From Histomonas meleagridis 2922-C6/04-290x (taxonomy: Eukaryota; Protista; Parabasalia), in the NCBI GenBank assembly GCA_020184695.1, contig JAANOX010000136.1, positions 62,001-126,000 on the forward strand: a stretch of 64,000 nt of DNA. The letters run 5' to 3'. Positions within the stretch are counted from its first letter, which is position 1, and each line of letters opens with the position of its first letter. The notes below the pieces were generated by a model. That model saw only the letters and a program-made list of their open reading frames with translations, was not told where the DNA came from and searched no databases. This document shows, in pieces, positions 41,538-51,982 of the stretch. Both the position numbers and the translations under genes were made by a program.

Positions 41538-44500
41538 ATGAATGCCAGACGTAGGAATGACTTCGTGGATGAACCCCCAAGGCCAACTGGGTGTCTACCT
41601 AGCATCCCCTCTGAAATTCAGGTTGTTTTGATAGGAGATTCATGTGTGGGTAAAACATGTATTGTTTATAGATTGATTCAAAATTTTATTCCAGATATTG
41701 TTAGGGGAACTTTATCTGCATACACTTGTATACACACAATTTCAGTTTCAGGTAAGAACATTAAATTAAATATTTGGGATACAGGAGGAGACTTGCGTAA
41801 CATTGCACTCATGCAGGCAATATTCCGAACAGCTGGAATTGTTATGATAGTATATGATGTATCAATTAGATCAACATTTGAAGATGCATCAGAATTTCAT
41901 CGTTTGTTAATTCCAACATTAAGCGAAAATATAGAATTAGCACTTGTGGGAAATATGTGTGACCTTGGTCCAAGCCAACGTAAAGTTTCCTACGAAGAAG
42001 GGTTAAACATGGCTACTAGAATTGGAGCACATTACTATGAAGTAAGTGCTACATCTAGCATTGGGGTCACTGATCTTTTCACCTTTTCATGCTACCATTA
42101 TATCAGACGTCTAGGTATTTATATTCCTGAACCTCAGCGCGTTGATTCACATCCACCAGAACTCGAAACAACGCCTTCACACCAAGAAGCATCAAACCAA
42201 CCGCCACAAGAATCAGAACAACCGCCGCAAGAACCAAGTCTACAATTACATGAATTAAATCAACCAGCAGAACCTCCAGAAATAAAATTCAAAAAACTAA
42301 GTATAATTAATTCTCCTCCACCACTCACCGTCAGTACCAAACTCCAATGTATCATCGTTTCTACTAAATCTTTAACAAATAATAAAATCGATTGCATTGA
42401 AGGTCCGCATATTTCGCTGATTTTTTGTGCATGTTCAACATCACATTTTCTAATTTTAGATTCACATAATATATGTTATGGCTTAGGTGATAATCGCAAT
42501 CATCAAATCGATTCATTACTTCCATCAAATGTTACTACGTTTTCACAAATTACGACGCCAAGTTATATATCAATACGTGAAGTTTGTGCATGTAAAACAT
42601 TTTCTTCTTTTATTCTTGATGATGGACAACTTTTAATTCATGGGAAAACATTTGAAGTTGAAGACAAAACAATTTTTTCCAATTTTTTAGTACCACGTGG
42701 AATGTCATCATATGGAAACGCATTTACATTTGCATATAAAACAGGAAAAATAATTTTTTGGAATGATAAAATTCGAAATTCGTATAAAATAAAGAATTAT
42801 AATATAATTAATACTAAAATTAATTCTAAATCAATTATAGCACTTACAGGTGATGGGAAATTATTTATATGTAATTATAAAGTCGAAAATTCACAATTCC
42901 AACAAATTGATTTTAATTTTCCAATTCTTTCGATATTTTCATCATCCGAAATATTTCATTTTTCTACATTCGATCATCATATTTATTCACTTCAAGATAT
43001 AAATAATTATAAATTACTTCCATTACCTATTAATTCAGGAACAATTAATATTGAACAAAAAAATGATTTAATAATTCAACTTGATAAATATGGAAAATTG
43101 TATTCAAACATTAAATTTGATAATGTTTTAACAAAAATTGAATTTCCTATTTCATGTTTTCATTTATTTTCTACATATTTAATTATGTTTAAAGGCACAC
43201 CAATACATTCACGAAATACTATCTCTACAAAATATCATTGTTGTTCATCAAATGGATTAACAATTCATAATAATAATAAAACAGAAAAATTATTTGCATT
43301 TGATTCAAAATATGGTTATTTTAACAATGGATATAAACCATTTATTTATGTGAAACAATTATTTAATTCATTAAATAACACAATATTTACAAAAGATAAT
43401 AAACAAATTTATATGACACAAAATAATCGTTTACTTTGTTTCGATTCTAACTTTCAAGAATCATTTAAATATAATTTAATTGAAGGTGATATAGTTAAAA
43501 CGCCAACAGGTGTTACATGTAAATGCATCGGATTTAATGAAGGTAATTTATGGTTACAACCTAAAGGATGTAAATACATATATACATATCAACAACCTTT
43601 AAACCTTTATCTAATAGAACGACATAATCATCAATTATATAAAACAATTGTTGATAATATACCTTCTATCATAGATATAACTCCTACGTTTTGTGAAAGT
43701 TTCGGATATTTCATTGACGATTTAATATTTTTTCCTAAGAAAGGAATTGTTAAATTTGTTGGCATGTATAGAAATCGTTATGTTTTTATGGATTTTTCGA
43801 ATAACTCTTTGTTTTCTGCGGATATTGAACATTTTGAAATAATTCGCTCATTTAAAAATAAGAATATAAAACGTAAAATAATAACTGATAAATATGAAAT
43901 TATTGAAATTAATGTTTATGGTAAAAATAAAATATTTTTACCTGGAGATAGAGTTTCATCTAAATTCGGTGAAGGAATATTTTTAGGCACTGACGAAAAT
44001 GATAATTCATATATCCAAACTGATATAATGAAAATATCTGGAATCGGTGCAACAAAATGTGAAATTTCTAACTTGAAATTAATACGAAGAATTGGAGTTG
44101 ATTCTTTTAAAAATATAAAAATAAAAAATGATAAAAATATTAAAGTTTCTATTTCGACAGATTCATTCGGTTCACATTATAAAGCTGCTGATATTATTAA
44201 TGAAAATGGTATTAGAGCACAAGTTATTGGTGTGTCAATGGATGGAATTGCTTACGCTAAGGATCTAAATGAGATTGATAAAATATTCGAAGTAAGTCAA
44301 ATCGCAGAATTAATTTATAGACCTGACTTACTAAGCGGTGAAAGTAATGAGGTGGTCGAAGTTGGCTCCCCTGCTTACGAAATGTGCGTTTTATGCCCTG
44401 ATGACGTGGTCGAAATTGGTGATAAAAACGAAAAATTCGTTTTCAAAGGAATAAGTAAAAGTGGCCCACTTTTTGTGAGCTTGAAGAGTGGATTAGAAGT

Positions 44501-44570
44501 GACAACTTCATACTCGTTCTTGTTACTTCATGAAGCATTTAAAGTGTTAGAAAGATATGTAATTAAATAA
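41538..44570 (+). CDS. Rab-like GTPase fused to a Pro/Gln/Glu linker, an RCC1-like region and a C-terminal repeat domain
   Basis: GDSCVGKT, WDTGG, GNMCD, EVSA. Later HFLILDSHNICYGLGDNRNHQI and VCACKTFSSFILDDGQLLIHG are RCC1-like. ATG at 41538. Confidence 0.75.
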   Translation: MNARRRNDFVDEPPRPTGCLPSIPSEIQVVLIGDSCVGKTCIVYRLIQNFIPDIVRGTLSAYTCIHTISVSGKNIKLNIWDTGGDLRNIALMQAIFRTAGIVMIVYDVSIRSTFEDASEFHRLLIPTLSENIELALVGNMCDLGPSQRKVSYEEGLNMATRIGAHYYEVSATSSIGVTDLFTFSCYHYIRRLGIYIPEPQRVDSHPPELETTPSHQEASNQPPQESEQPPQEPSLQLHELNQPAEPPEIKFKKLSIINSPPPLTVSTKLQCIIVSTKSLTNNKIDCIEGPHISLIFCACSTSHFLILDSHNICYGLGDNRNHQIDSLLPSNVTTFSQITTPSYISIREVCACKTFSSFILDDGQLLIHGKTFEVEDKTIFSNFLVPRGMSSYGNAFTFAYKTGKIIFWNDKIRNSYKIKNYNIINTKINSKSIIALTGDGKLFICNYKVENSQFQQIDFNFPILSIFSSSEIFHFSTFDHHIYSLQDINNYKLLPLPINSGTINIEQKNDLIIQLDKYGKLYSNIKFDNVLTKIEFPISCFHLFSTYLIMFKGTPIHSRNTISTKYHCCSSNGLTIHNNNKTEKLFAFDSKYGYFNNGYKPFIYVKQLFNSLNNTIFTKDNKQIYMTQNNRLLCFDSNFQESFKYNLIEGDIVKTPTGVTCKCIGFNEGNLWLQPKGCKYIYTYQQPLNLYLIERHNHQLYKTIVDNIPSIIDITPTFCESFGYFIDDLIFFPKKGIVKFVGMYRNRYVFMDFSNNSLFSADIEHFEIIRSFKNKNIKRKIITDKYEIIEINVYGKNKIFLPGDRVSSKFGEGIFLGTDENDNSYIQTDIMKISGIGATKCEISNLKLIRRIGVDSFKNIKIKNDKNIKVSISTDSFGSHYKAADIINENGIRAQVIGVSMDGIAYAKDLNEIDKIFEVSQIAELIYRPDLLSGESNEVVEVGSPAYEMCVLCPDDVVEIGDKNEKFVFKGISKSGPLFVSLKSGLEVTTSYSFLLLHEAFKVLERYVIK

Positions 44571-44861
44571 AAATGTTTTTTAATTCACATGTTTTTCAAA
44601 TTTTACATTCCAATTTGTAAAGAAGAAATAGTACAATAAATAATTTCCAAATATATTCCGAAATATCAAATTATTCACATGAATTTTAATTTGATGAATA
44701 ATATTTTTTTAAAAAATATTTTGTTGCGAGAATCATTCAAAAAAAACCATGGTTTCAGAGAATAAAGTAATCAAATTTAGGATGCCCGTATTATCTGGTC
44801 GCTTTGATCGGTATATGTAAACCTTTGATATTTGAAGAAATGCGGTTTGAACAGATTTTGC

Positions 44862-47675
44862 ATGGAATCTAGCCTAAACACAACAAAAGAGGATGTTAAC
44901 ACTCAACCAAACCACATGGAATTTCTTCTCAAACTTGAAAAGGCTATATTTGGATTAACAAAAGATAATATTAATGAAACTGTTGAAGAAATCATGCAAT
45001 TATTTGATCCAAATTTATCAAATTCATTTAATATAGTCATATGCAATTTATTTTATTTTGCATCATTAGCACAAAATGATGGGAATGATTTTCATATAAA
45101 CTTCTTAAAATTACTTCAAGAAAAGGAAGAAAAATTTATCGAAAGCGACTTAAAACTTATTGAAATTTTTTTTAATTACATCGTACAAATTAATTCACAA
45201 GAAACATATCATTTTTTTGTATTAATGATGGAGAACAAACTATTAAATGACGAATCTCGTTATTTAAATTCTTGTTCCGATTCGAAATCTTCTTTCGAAA
45301 CTTTTTTTGATATTATAAAAGATGATCGAAATTTTTCTAAGAAATTAATTTTGGAAGGAGTTAATCCAAATGAATTATCAAAAATAATTCGGAATGATGA
45401 AATAGAAAATCTTCAAGAAATATCATCACAAGACAAATTTAATTTTAATCAGAACATTAAACCATCTCCTAATGAACGACATTCATTAATTAATCAAGAA
45501 AATGTTACATTAATTGATTTTGCTGCATATTTTTCTGCTATTAAATGTTTTAAATATTTATTACTTAATAATGCTAGTGTAAAAAACACCGGTAAATATG
45601 CAATTGCAGGTGGAAACATTGAAATCATTCATTTATGTGAACAAAATAATTCAACATTTGAAAACCCATATGAAATAGCAATAAAATATCATCGAAATGA
45701 TGTATTTAAATATTTTTACGAAAATAAAAATAATGATAACAATATAAATATAAATAAATTGGGTTGTGCTTGTATTAACAATGGAAACTTTAAAATTCTT
45801 TCTTATTTGTTAGATGAAGGAATGGAAGTTAATTCTGAGATGATTAGTGAATCAGCAAAAATGGGTAATTTAAATCTTGTTAAATATTTTCTTCAAAATA
45901 ATAAAATTTCAAATGATTTATTATTTTATGCGATAGAATCATTAAATCCTGATCTTGTTAAATATATTCTTAGTTATAAAGAAGTAGATATTAATGCAAT
46001 TGATTTTTATTTGTTTGATTTGGTATTTATTTTAATAATTTGATATTTCAATATAATATTCGGAAATTGTTTAAAATATTTTATACGCCACTTATGAGAG
46101 CATCTTCAAAAAATTATCTTAAAATAATTAAGGTACTTATGGAAAAAGAAGGTATTGATATCAATAAAGGTATTTATTTGTTTTGTTTTTAGTTTATATT
46201 AATAATTTGGAGCTTATAAATTAGATTTGGAAATTTTTCTCATTATTTAAAACACCTCTAATTATTGCACTTAAAGCTAAAAATTATGCTATAGCATCAT
46301 ATTTTCTTGAACAAAAAGGAATTGATATCAATATTCAAGACATTCATTTTTTTATTATAGAGTTTATTTATATAATAAAACGATTAAAAATATTATTTGG
46401 AATCTATTAAATGCTTGTGATACAGCACTTATGATAGCATTAAAAAATAAGAATATGGATATGGCTACAACACTTCTTGAAAGAGAAGAAATAGATGTTA
46501 ATCTTAAAGATTTTTCTATGATTTTTTCTTTATTTGTTTAAATAATTTTATGATTCATTATAATATATGGAAATTGTTTTAAATATTTGATACAGCTCTT
46601 ACATTGTTATTAAAAGGTGATTATCTTGAGTCAGTTGAGTTAATTCTTGAAACAAAGGAAGTAAATGTAAATGTTTTTGATTTTTATATTTTTAATTTAA
46701 TATTTAATTTAGACTTTTTATGTTTAAAAATAATTACTGGAATTTATGTAAATTATTTAATACGGCTCTTATGATATCAAGCAAAAATGGTTATACTAAA
46801 ATATCTAAATTGCTCCTTGAAATAGAAGGAATTGATGTAAATCATAAAAATATTTATTTACTTGATTTTATGTTTTTATTGTCCATTTAATTTTTATAAA
46901 AAATATTTGGAAATTATTCAAATTTTTTGAAACTGCATTAATTTGTGCTGCAGAAAATGGTTATACTGAAATAGTAGAATTACTTCTTAAAAGAAAAGAA
47001 ATCGATGTAAACTCTGTGTGTAGTTTTTGTTACAATAATTTTATGTTTCAGTCAAATATTAGGAAATTGTTTTTAATATTTAATACAGCGCTTTTGTTAG
47101 CATTGAAAAATAAACATGAAGATATTGCAAAAAAAATTCTTGAGAAAGAAGGAATCGATATTAATGCTAAAGATATTTATTTGATTTATTCTTTGTTAAT
47201 TTTAATGATTTTATGTTTTACACAAATTTTTGGAAATTATTTATAGTTTTTAGTACAGCACTTTTTTTAGCTTTAAAAAATGAATATGAAGAAATCGCAA
47301 AAATAATTCTTGAGAAAGAAGGAATCGATATTAATACTAAAGATATTTATTTGTTATATTCTTAGCTAATTTTAATTATTTTATGTTTTACGCGAATTTT
47401 TGGGGATCATTTATAGTTTTTAGCACAGCTCTTATTTTATCAGTGAAAAATAAACTAGTAAATATTGCGAGTTTACTACTTGAAAGAAAAGATATTGATG
47501 TCAATGAAAAAGATATTAATATATTTTATATAATATTTATTATAATAATTTGGAAATTCATTAAAATATTCGGAAATCATTTAAATCATATAAATCGGCA
47601 TGTGATTATGCAACTAAAAATGGTTACAATGATATAGTTCAAATACTTTTCAACATTAACAACTTGAAGAAATAA
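44862..47675 (+). CDS. DUF3447-like/ankyrin gene copy 3: long first ORF plus 10 ankyrin blocks separated by non-canonical interruptions
   Basis: ATG 44862 with an open frame to 46043. Thr/Ser codons at 46085, 46252, 46422, 46592, 46762, 46932, 47085, 47255, 47425, 47595. The terminal block is SACDYATKNGYNDIVQILFNINNLKK* (47675). Extension beyond 46043 is inferred. Confidence 0.75.
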
Positions 47676-47823
47676 AAATCAAATTGAACTCTCACGTAAA
47701 TAAAAAAATCTTTTTTTTAAACTTTCTCTATTTTTTAAATGTTCACAAGTAAAAAAATTAAAATTAAATATTTTTAATCAAAGAAAACCAATATTTATCT
47801 CATTTACAATTCATATATAACAT

Positions 47824-48546
47824 TCAAATTCGCTTTTTGTCCAAATTCATCTCATCGTCAATTTTCTGAATCTTTTCTTTTATATCTCTGTACTCTTGTT
47901 CAAATTCGTGAATTCCTTCGGCGCTTTTACTAATTGGAATTTTTCTCGCTGCTGATTGATTCGTTTTGAAGTATTCAATGCTACTATCAACAATATATAA
48001 AATGTATTGGAAAAGCTTAAGCGGAAGTGAGAAAAATTGTCGAGTCTTAGATGCAATACATTCAAATGTATTTTTCCAATAATTGTCTGCTAATTTCTGA
48101 CATGGTGGGTATGATTGTGGATGTACAAGTGTGACTATAAAACGAACAGGAGCAAGAATTATATTGATAATTTGTAAAATGAAAAGAAAGAGTGGAAAAC
48201 ACCGATAGTAAATAAACATAAGTATAAGATGAAATCTGTCAAAAATCCAAAAGAGAGGCCAGAAAATTGTAGATATAGGCTTGTGAATAAAAATATTGAA
48301 AAAATCAATAATCAATGAAATGAGTCTAAATGGTGATAAAATAACCTTCTTGATAAAGCATCTATAATCTCTTTTGAATGAACATAGGATTGCTTTTACA
48401 TATTGATAAAAGAAACATGGGATTTTTAGTAGCTTTATATGACAGCTACATTGAATATTTTGAGCGTCACAATGAAATGCTGCGATTAGTGATGCTACAA
48501 TAAAAATGAAAATTAGGGCGAATTTATGTGATTTTTGCGATTTCAT
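47824..48546 (-). CDS. Hypothetical hydrophobic protein with C-terminal coiled coil, 240 aa
   Basis: ATG-initiated ORF with a signal/TM-like N-terminus and amphipathic helices. Confidence 0.65.
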   Translation of the reverse strand: MKSQKSHKFALIFIFIVASLIAAFHCDAQNIQCSCHIKLLKIPCFFYQYVKAILCSFKRDYRCFIKKVILSPFRLISLIIDFFNIFIHKPISTIFWPLFWIFDRFHLILMFIYYRCFPLFLFILQIINIILAPVRFIVTLVHPQSYPPCQKLADNYWKNTFECIASKTRQFFSLPLKLFQYILYIVDSSIEYFKTNQSAARKIPISKSAEGIHEFEQEYRDIKEKIQKIDDEMNLDKKRI

Positions 48547-50162
48547 TCTGTTTCATTAAACCGAAAAGTGTCTCAAGATATTAACGTCTTTTTTGTACGA
48601 TCGTCGAGTGTATTTAAATACATTTGCAAACTATTGTTTATTTTCCGAGCAGACACCTTTTTTTCATAATTTTTTTTAGAATTTGATGTAAGAATATTAA
48701 CTTTGAGATTCAGTTGAGCTTGGTGGATCTCATCAAATTTATAAAAAATTGAAATCACTAATAATAGCGAATTTTAATATGTTTAAAGTAGAACAATTTG
48801 TGATTGTTTCATTCTAATCGAATAGAATCAATGTGATTTAAAAGGCCCTCCATTTTGAGGATTTCGAACGATAGGAAATTTGAGTAAGAATAGAAATGTC
48901 ACAATCGGGCACCCCATCTCGGGACTTTTAGGTTAAGTACACAAAACAGTGAATCACTCGGGAAATTTTCAATACATTCGTAAATATGTATCATAAGTTC
49001 GATCAATATATCACACATTGCGTATAAACACATAAACAAATAATATTATATAATTAATATTTTTGAAAATTCCAATTAAAATGATGAGATATTGTATGCA
49101 TTAGACCATAAAATTATTCAATATCCTCCATTGATATATTTCACTTTAAGAAAAACCAATGAATATTTCAGAACGGAAATTAATCGAACACAGAATAAGA
49201 GAGATTTTGTCACATCACATCATGTGAATAATTATTATATTGAACTATTCTATCACATGTATGAAGATTTCCATGTTAGATTATAATGTGAAAAATAAAT
49301 ACTTTTATTGTATTTAATAAACTCAAGATGAATATCATTTTTTTCCATAACATTATTTCGTTAGATTATTGTGATGATTATTTTCACGAAAATCATCAAA
49401 AAAATTTGAAATATAATCAGGAAACGGTATAATAGACAAAAAGTATTGATAATACACATCAAAAATATTGAATACAGAACGATTAAAAACAATTCAATTA
49501 TAAAAAAAGAAATCATATTATTTTTTAAATTTAAAATATGTATACTAATACTATTTATTTAATGCAAGAGAATTATATTTAAATATAAATAATAATCAGA
49601 AAAATATATTTGAAAACAGGGTTTTCATGTTCCAATTTATTAGGTATTTTCTATGTTTTTTGATCGTATTTTCTTGTTATAAACATTTTTATCTCCAAAT
49701 TAAATGATAATTCACTAAAATAATATAGCAATATCAATTGTAATTATAAATTTGTTTATTATATTTCAAAATCAATTTTCATGATTTTTTGATTTTAAAA
49801 TGAATAGAACTCGATATTGACTGAATATAAATCAAAATTAATAAAAAATTTAAATATATCATATAATTCTAAAAAATGTAATAGAGAGATTTTTCAACTT
49901 TTCAATTAAAAGTAAAATTGATTATCTATCATAAAAAAATTAAAATTAAAATAATTGAGTATTTAACAAAGAATATTAATAATTATAAATATTTTTTTGG
50001 TTTACAGATTAAAATTATAAATGTGTATTGATTTATTATTAACAAAACAATATTTTTTCGGTGGCGACCGTTTGGAGTACAACCTTAATAGGTTTTATAT
50101 GTTTTTGACTAACAACTGCCTTTATGAGATTATACCCCACAAAAGATTAAATTGCAGAAAAA

Positions 50163-50249
50163 TAATAATTTAGAATATGTTTTAATAATTTGTAATATGT
50201 TTTAATAATTTAGAATATGTTATAATAATTTAAAATATCTTTTAATAAT
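50163..50249. repeat. 20-bp minisatellite (TAATAATTTAGAATATGTTT, about 4 copies)
   Basis: Direct reading of 50161-50250. Confidence 0.75.
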
Positions 50250-50426
50250 ATGGCAAGGTAGTGCTCTTGTTCATAGTCGAAATTCCCCTTATGAGGGATA
50301 ACGATTGTATGCATAAATGGTCAAACAAAGTTCACACAATCCGAGTTATGACCTTTGCAAATTTTGTTTAGTTTACACGATGTCATATGACAATTCATTT
50401 GATCTCAAATAAAAATATTTTTATTT

Positions 50427-51542
50427 TCAAGAAAAGTCACGATCAGGGAAGAGCTTCGGTGCAATCAAAGTCCATGCATAAAGTAATTGTGCTACCCAAG
50501 ATGATGCAAGGTTAATCCATTTTGCTACTAAACCCTTATCTGTTGTCCAGGCGGCTGTCTCACCAGTTTGTCCCCAATGTGTGACTAACATTGCCATATA
50601 GATACTTGCAAGTCCGAAAATCAGGTGGAAGAAGCTTAAAGAGAAAATTTGTTCTTCACCATTCTCATCTTCCGAGCAACATCCACAATCACAAACTTGT
50701 GCAAACTGATTGTTTACACTAAACGCAGAGTATCCCAGCCAAATCAACGAAAGGATTGAACCAATGACAGAAAACGCTATTCCATGTGATGTTGATCCAT
50801 TATTTGTACCAGCCATTAAACCAGAGTATGTGAGAAATGCCGTATAAACACAAACAAGTGATGAAACAAATATTGAGCCATGGTCCATGACTAAAGAAAG
50901 TAAAAACAGAAGAAATGAAAGAATCAAATTAATTGAAATTATCAAATTATTTCCCGAACTACCTCTTCCGAAGAAGTAATATTCAAGTCCAAATCCAGCG
51001 ATAGAAATAGCAGTAAGGAGAATTGTTAAGAAGAGCATCAATTTAATTTGATCATTATCAACTAACTTTTGGTTAATTTGATAAAAGAATTCGATTAAGA
51101 AAATAAGCTGAATCACAAGGTAAACACCGGAGACGTAAACAGCAGCTTTCATGTAGAAATTGAAAAATGGATCTGGGATGAACCAAAAACCAACAATAAT
51201 ACCAATTAAAATAATAGAATGGATCCAAAGGAAAGAAGTGTGGAACATGAATTGGGGAGAATCATTAAGATTCTTGTTGCAAAGAGTGAAAAGTGAATGT
51301 GCAATAAACCAGATAAATAGAGCACATGTTATGCGTGCAACAAATGAAGCGCCAATGTCCATGCCTGTCTTGTATATAGTAGAAATAACTTTTGCAATCC
51401 ACGTATGTCCAGTATTGTAAAATATAAAGCAGAAGATTCCTGCAACAATGAATTTAATAATGTAATAAAGATTAGCTTTTTTAAGAGAGTGTTTTGCGTT
51501 AGATTCAGGCTCTGAGTCAACATGTAATTCTTTGTATTCCAT
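50427..51542 (-). CDS. SERINC: Serine incorporator (Serinc/TMS1) family membrane protein
   Basis: About 10 TM segments. SFFHLIFGLASIYMAMLVTHW and WINLASSWVAQLLYAWTLIAPKLFPDRDFS match the Serinc C-terminus. Confidence 0.9.
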   Translation of the reverse strand: MEYKELHVDSEPESNAKHSLKKANLYYIIKFIVAGIFCFIFYNTGHTWIAKVISTIYKTGMDIGASFVARITCALFIWFIAHSLFTLCNKNLNDSPQFMFHTSFLWIHSIILIGIIVGFWFIPDPFFNFYMKAAVYVSGVYLVIQLIFLIEFFYQINQKLVDNDQIKLMLFLTILLTAISIAGFGLEYYFFGRGSSGNNLIISINLILSFLLFLLSLVMDHGSIFVSSLVCVYTAFLTYSGLMAGTNNGSTSHGIAFSVIGSILSLIWLGYSAFSVNNQFAQVCDCGCCSEDENGEEQIFSLSFFHLIFGLASIYMAMLVTHWGQTGETAAWTTDKGLVAKWINLASSWVAQLLYAWTLIAPKLFPDRDFS

Positions 51543-51982
51543 TCCTTTAAAATTTGGATATTTTTAATTGAGTATAAAAACCGTAAAATTATAAAGCTTT
51601 ATCTGATTGGACGGTTTTATTCAAAATTGGTAATTCAAAAATCTCATAGAATAATTTAAATCATTATTTTATGAAAAAAATCATATACCAAAATTTCCAT
51701 TTAGAAATTCATATTTTGCTTCAAAATAGCTTCTTAACAAAATACCAAATTTTGTTGTTGTTATGTGAGAAAAAAAATGGGTGAATATTGTTAAAATTTG
51801 ATTAATATTTTTTGAAAAGATATTGAAGGTAAAACCTTTTAAACAAGGTATTAATAGCAATTAGTTATTAAGTCGTTTGTGTGATTCCTAAAATATAATG
51901 CTGTAAAGCACAAGCAAATGATCTCTTTGTTTTGGCATTTTTCGGTTACTGGCAAAATCTTGCTTGACCACAAAATCCAAAA

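Noticed and set aside
48900-50150. Long AT-rich intergenic stretch as a possible transposon remnant
   Set aside because: No terminal repeats, transposase or Maverick-like motifs, or ORFs found.
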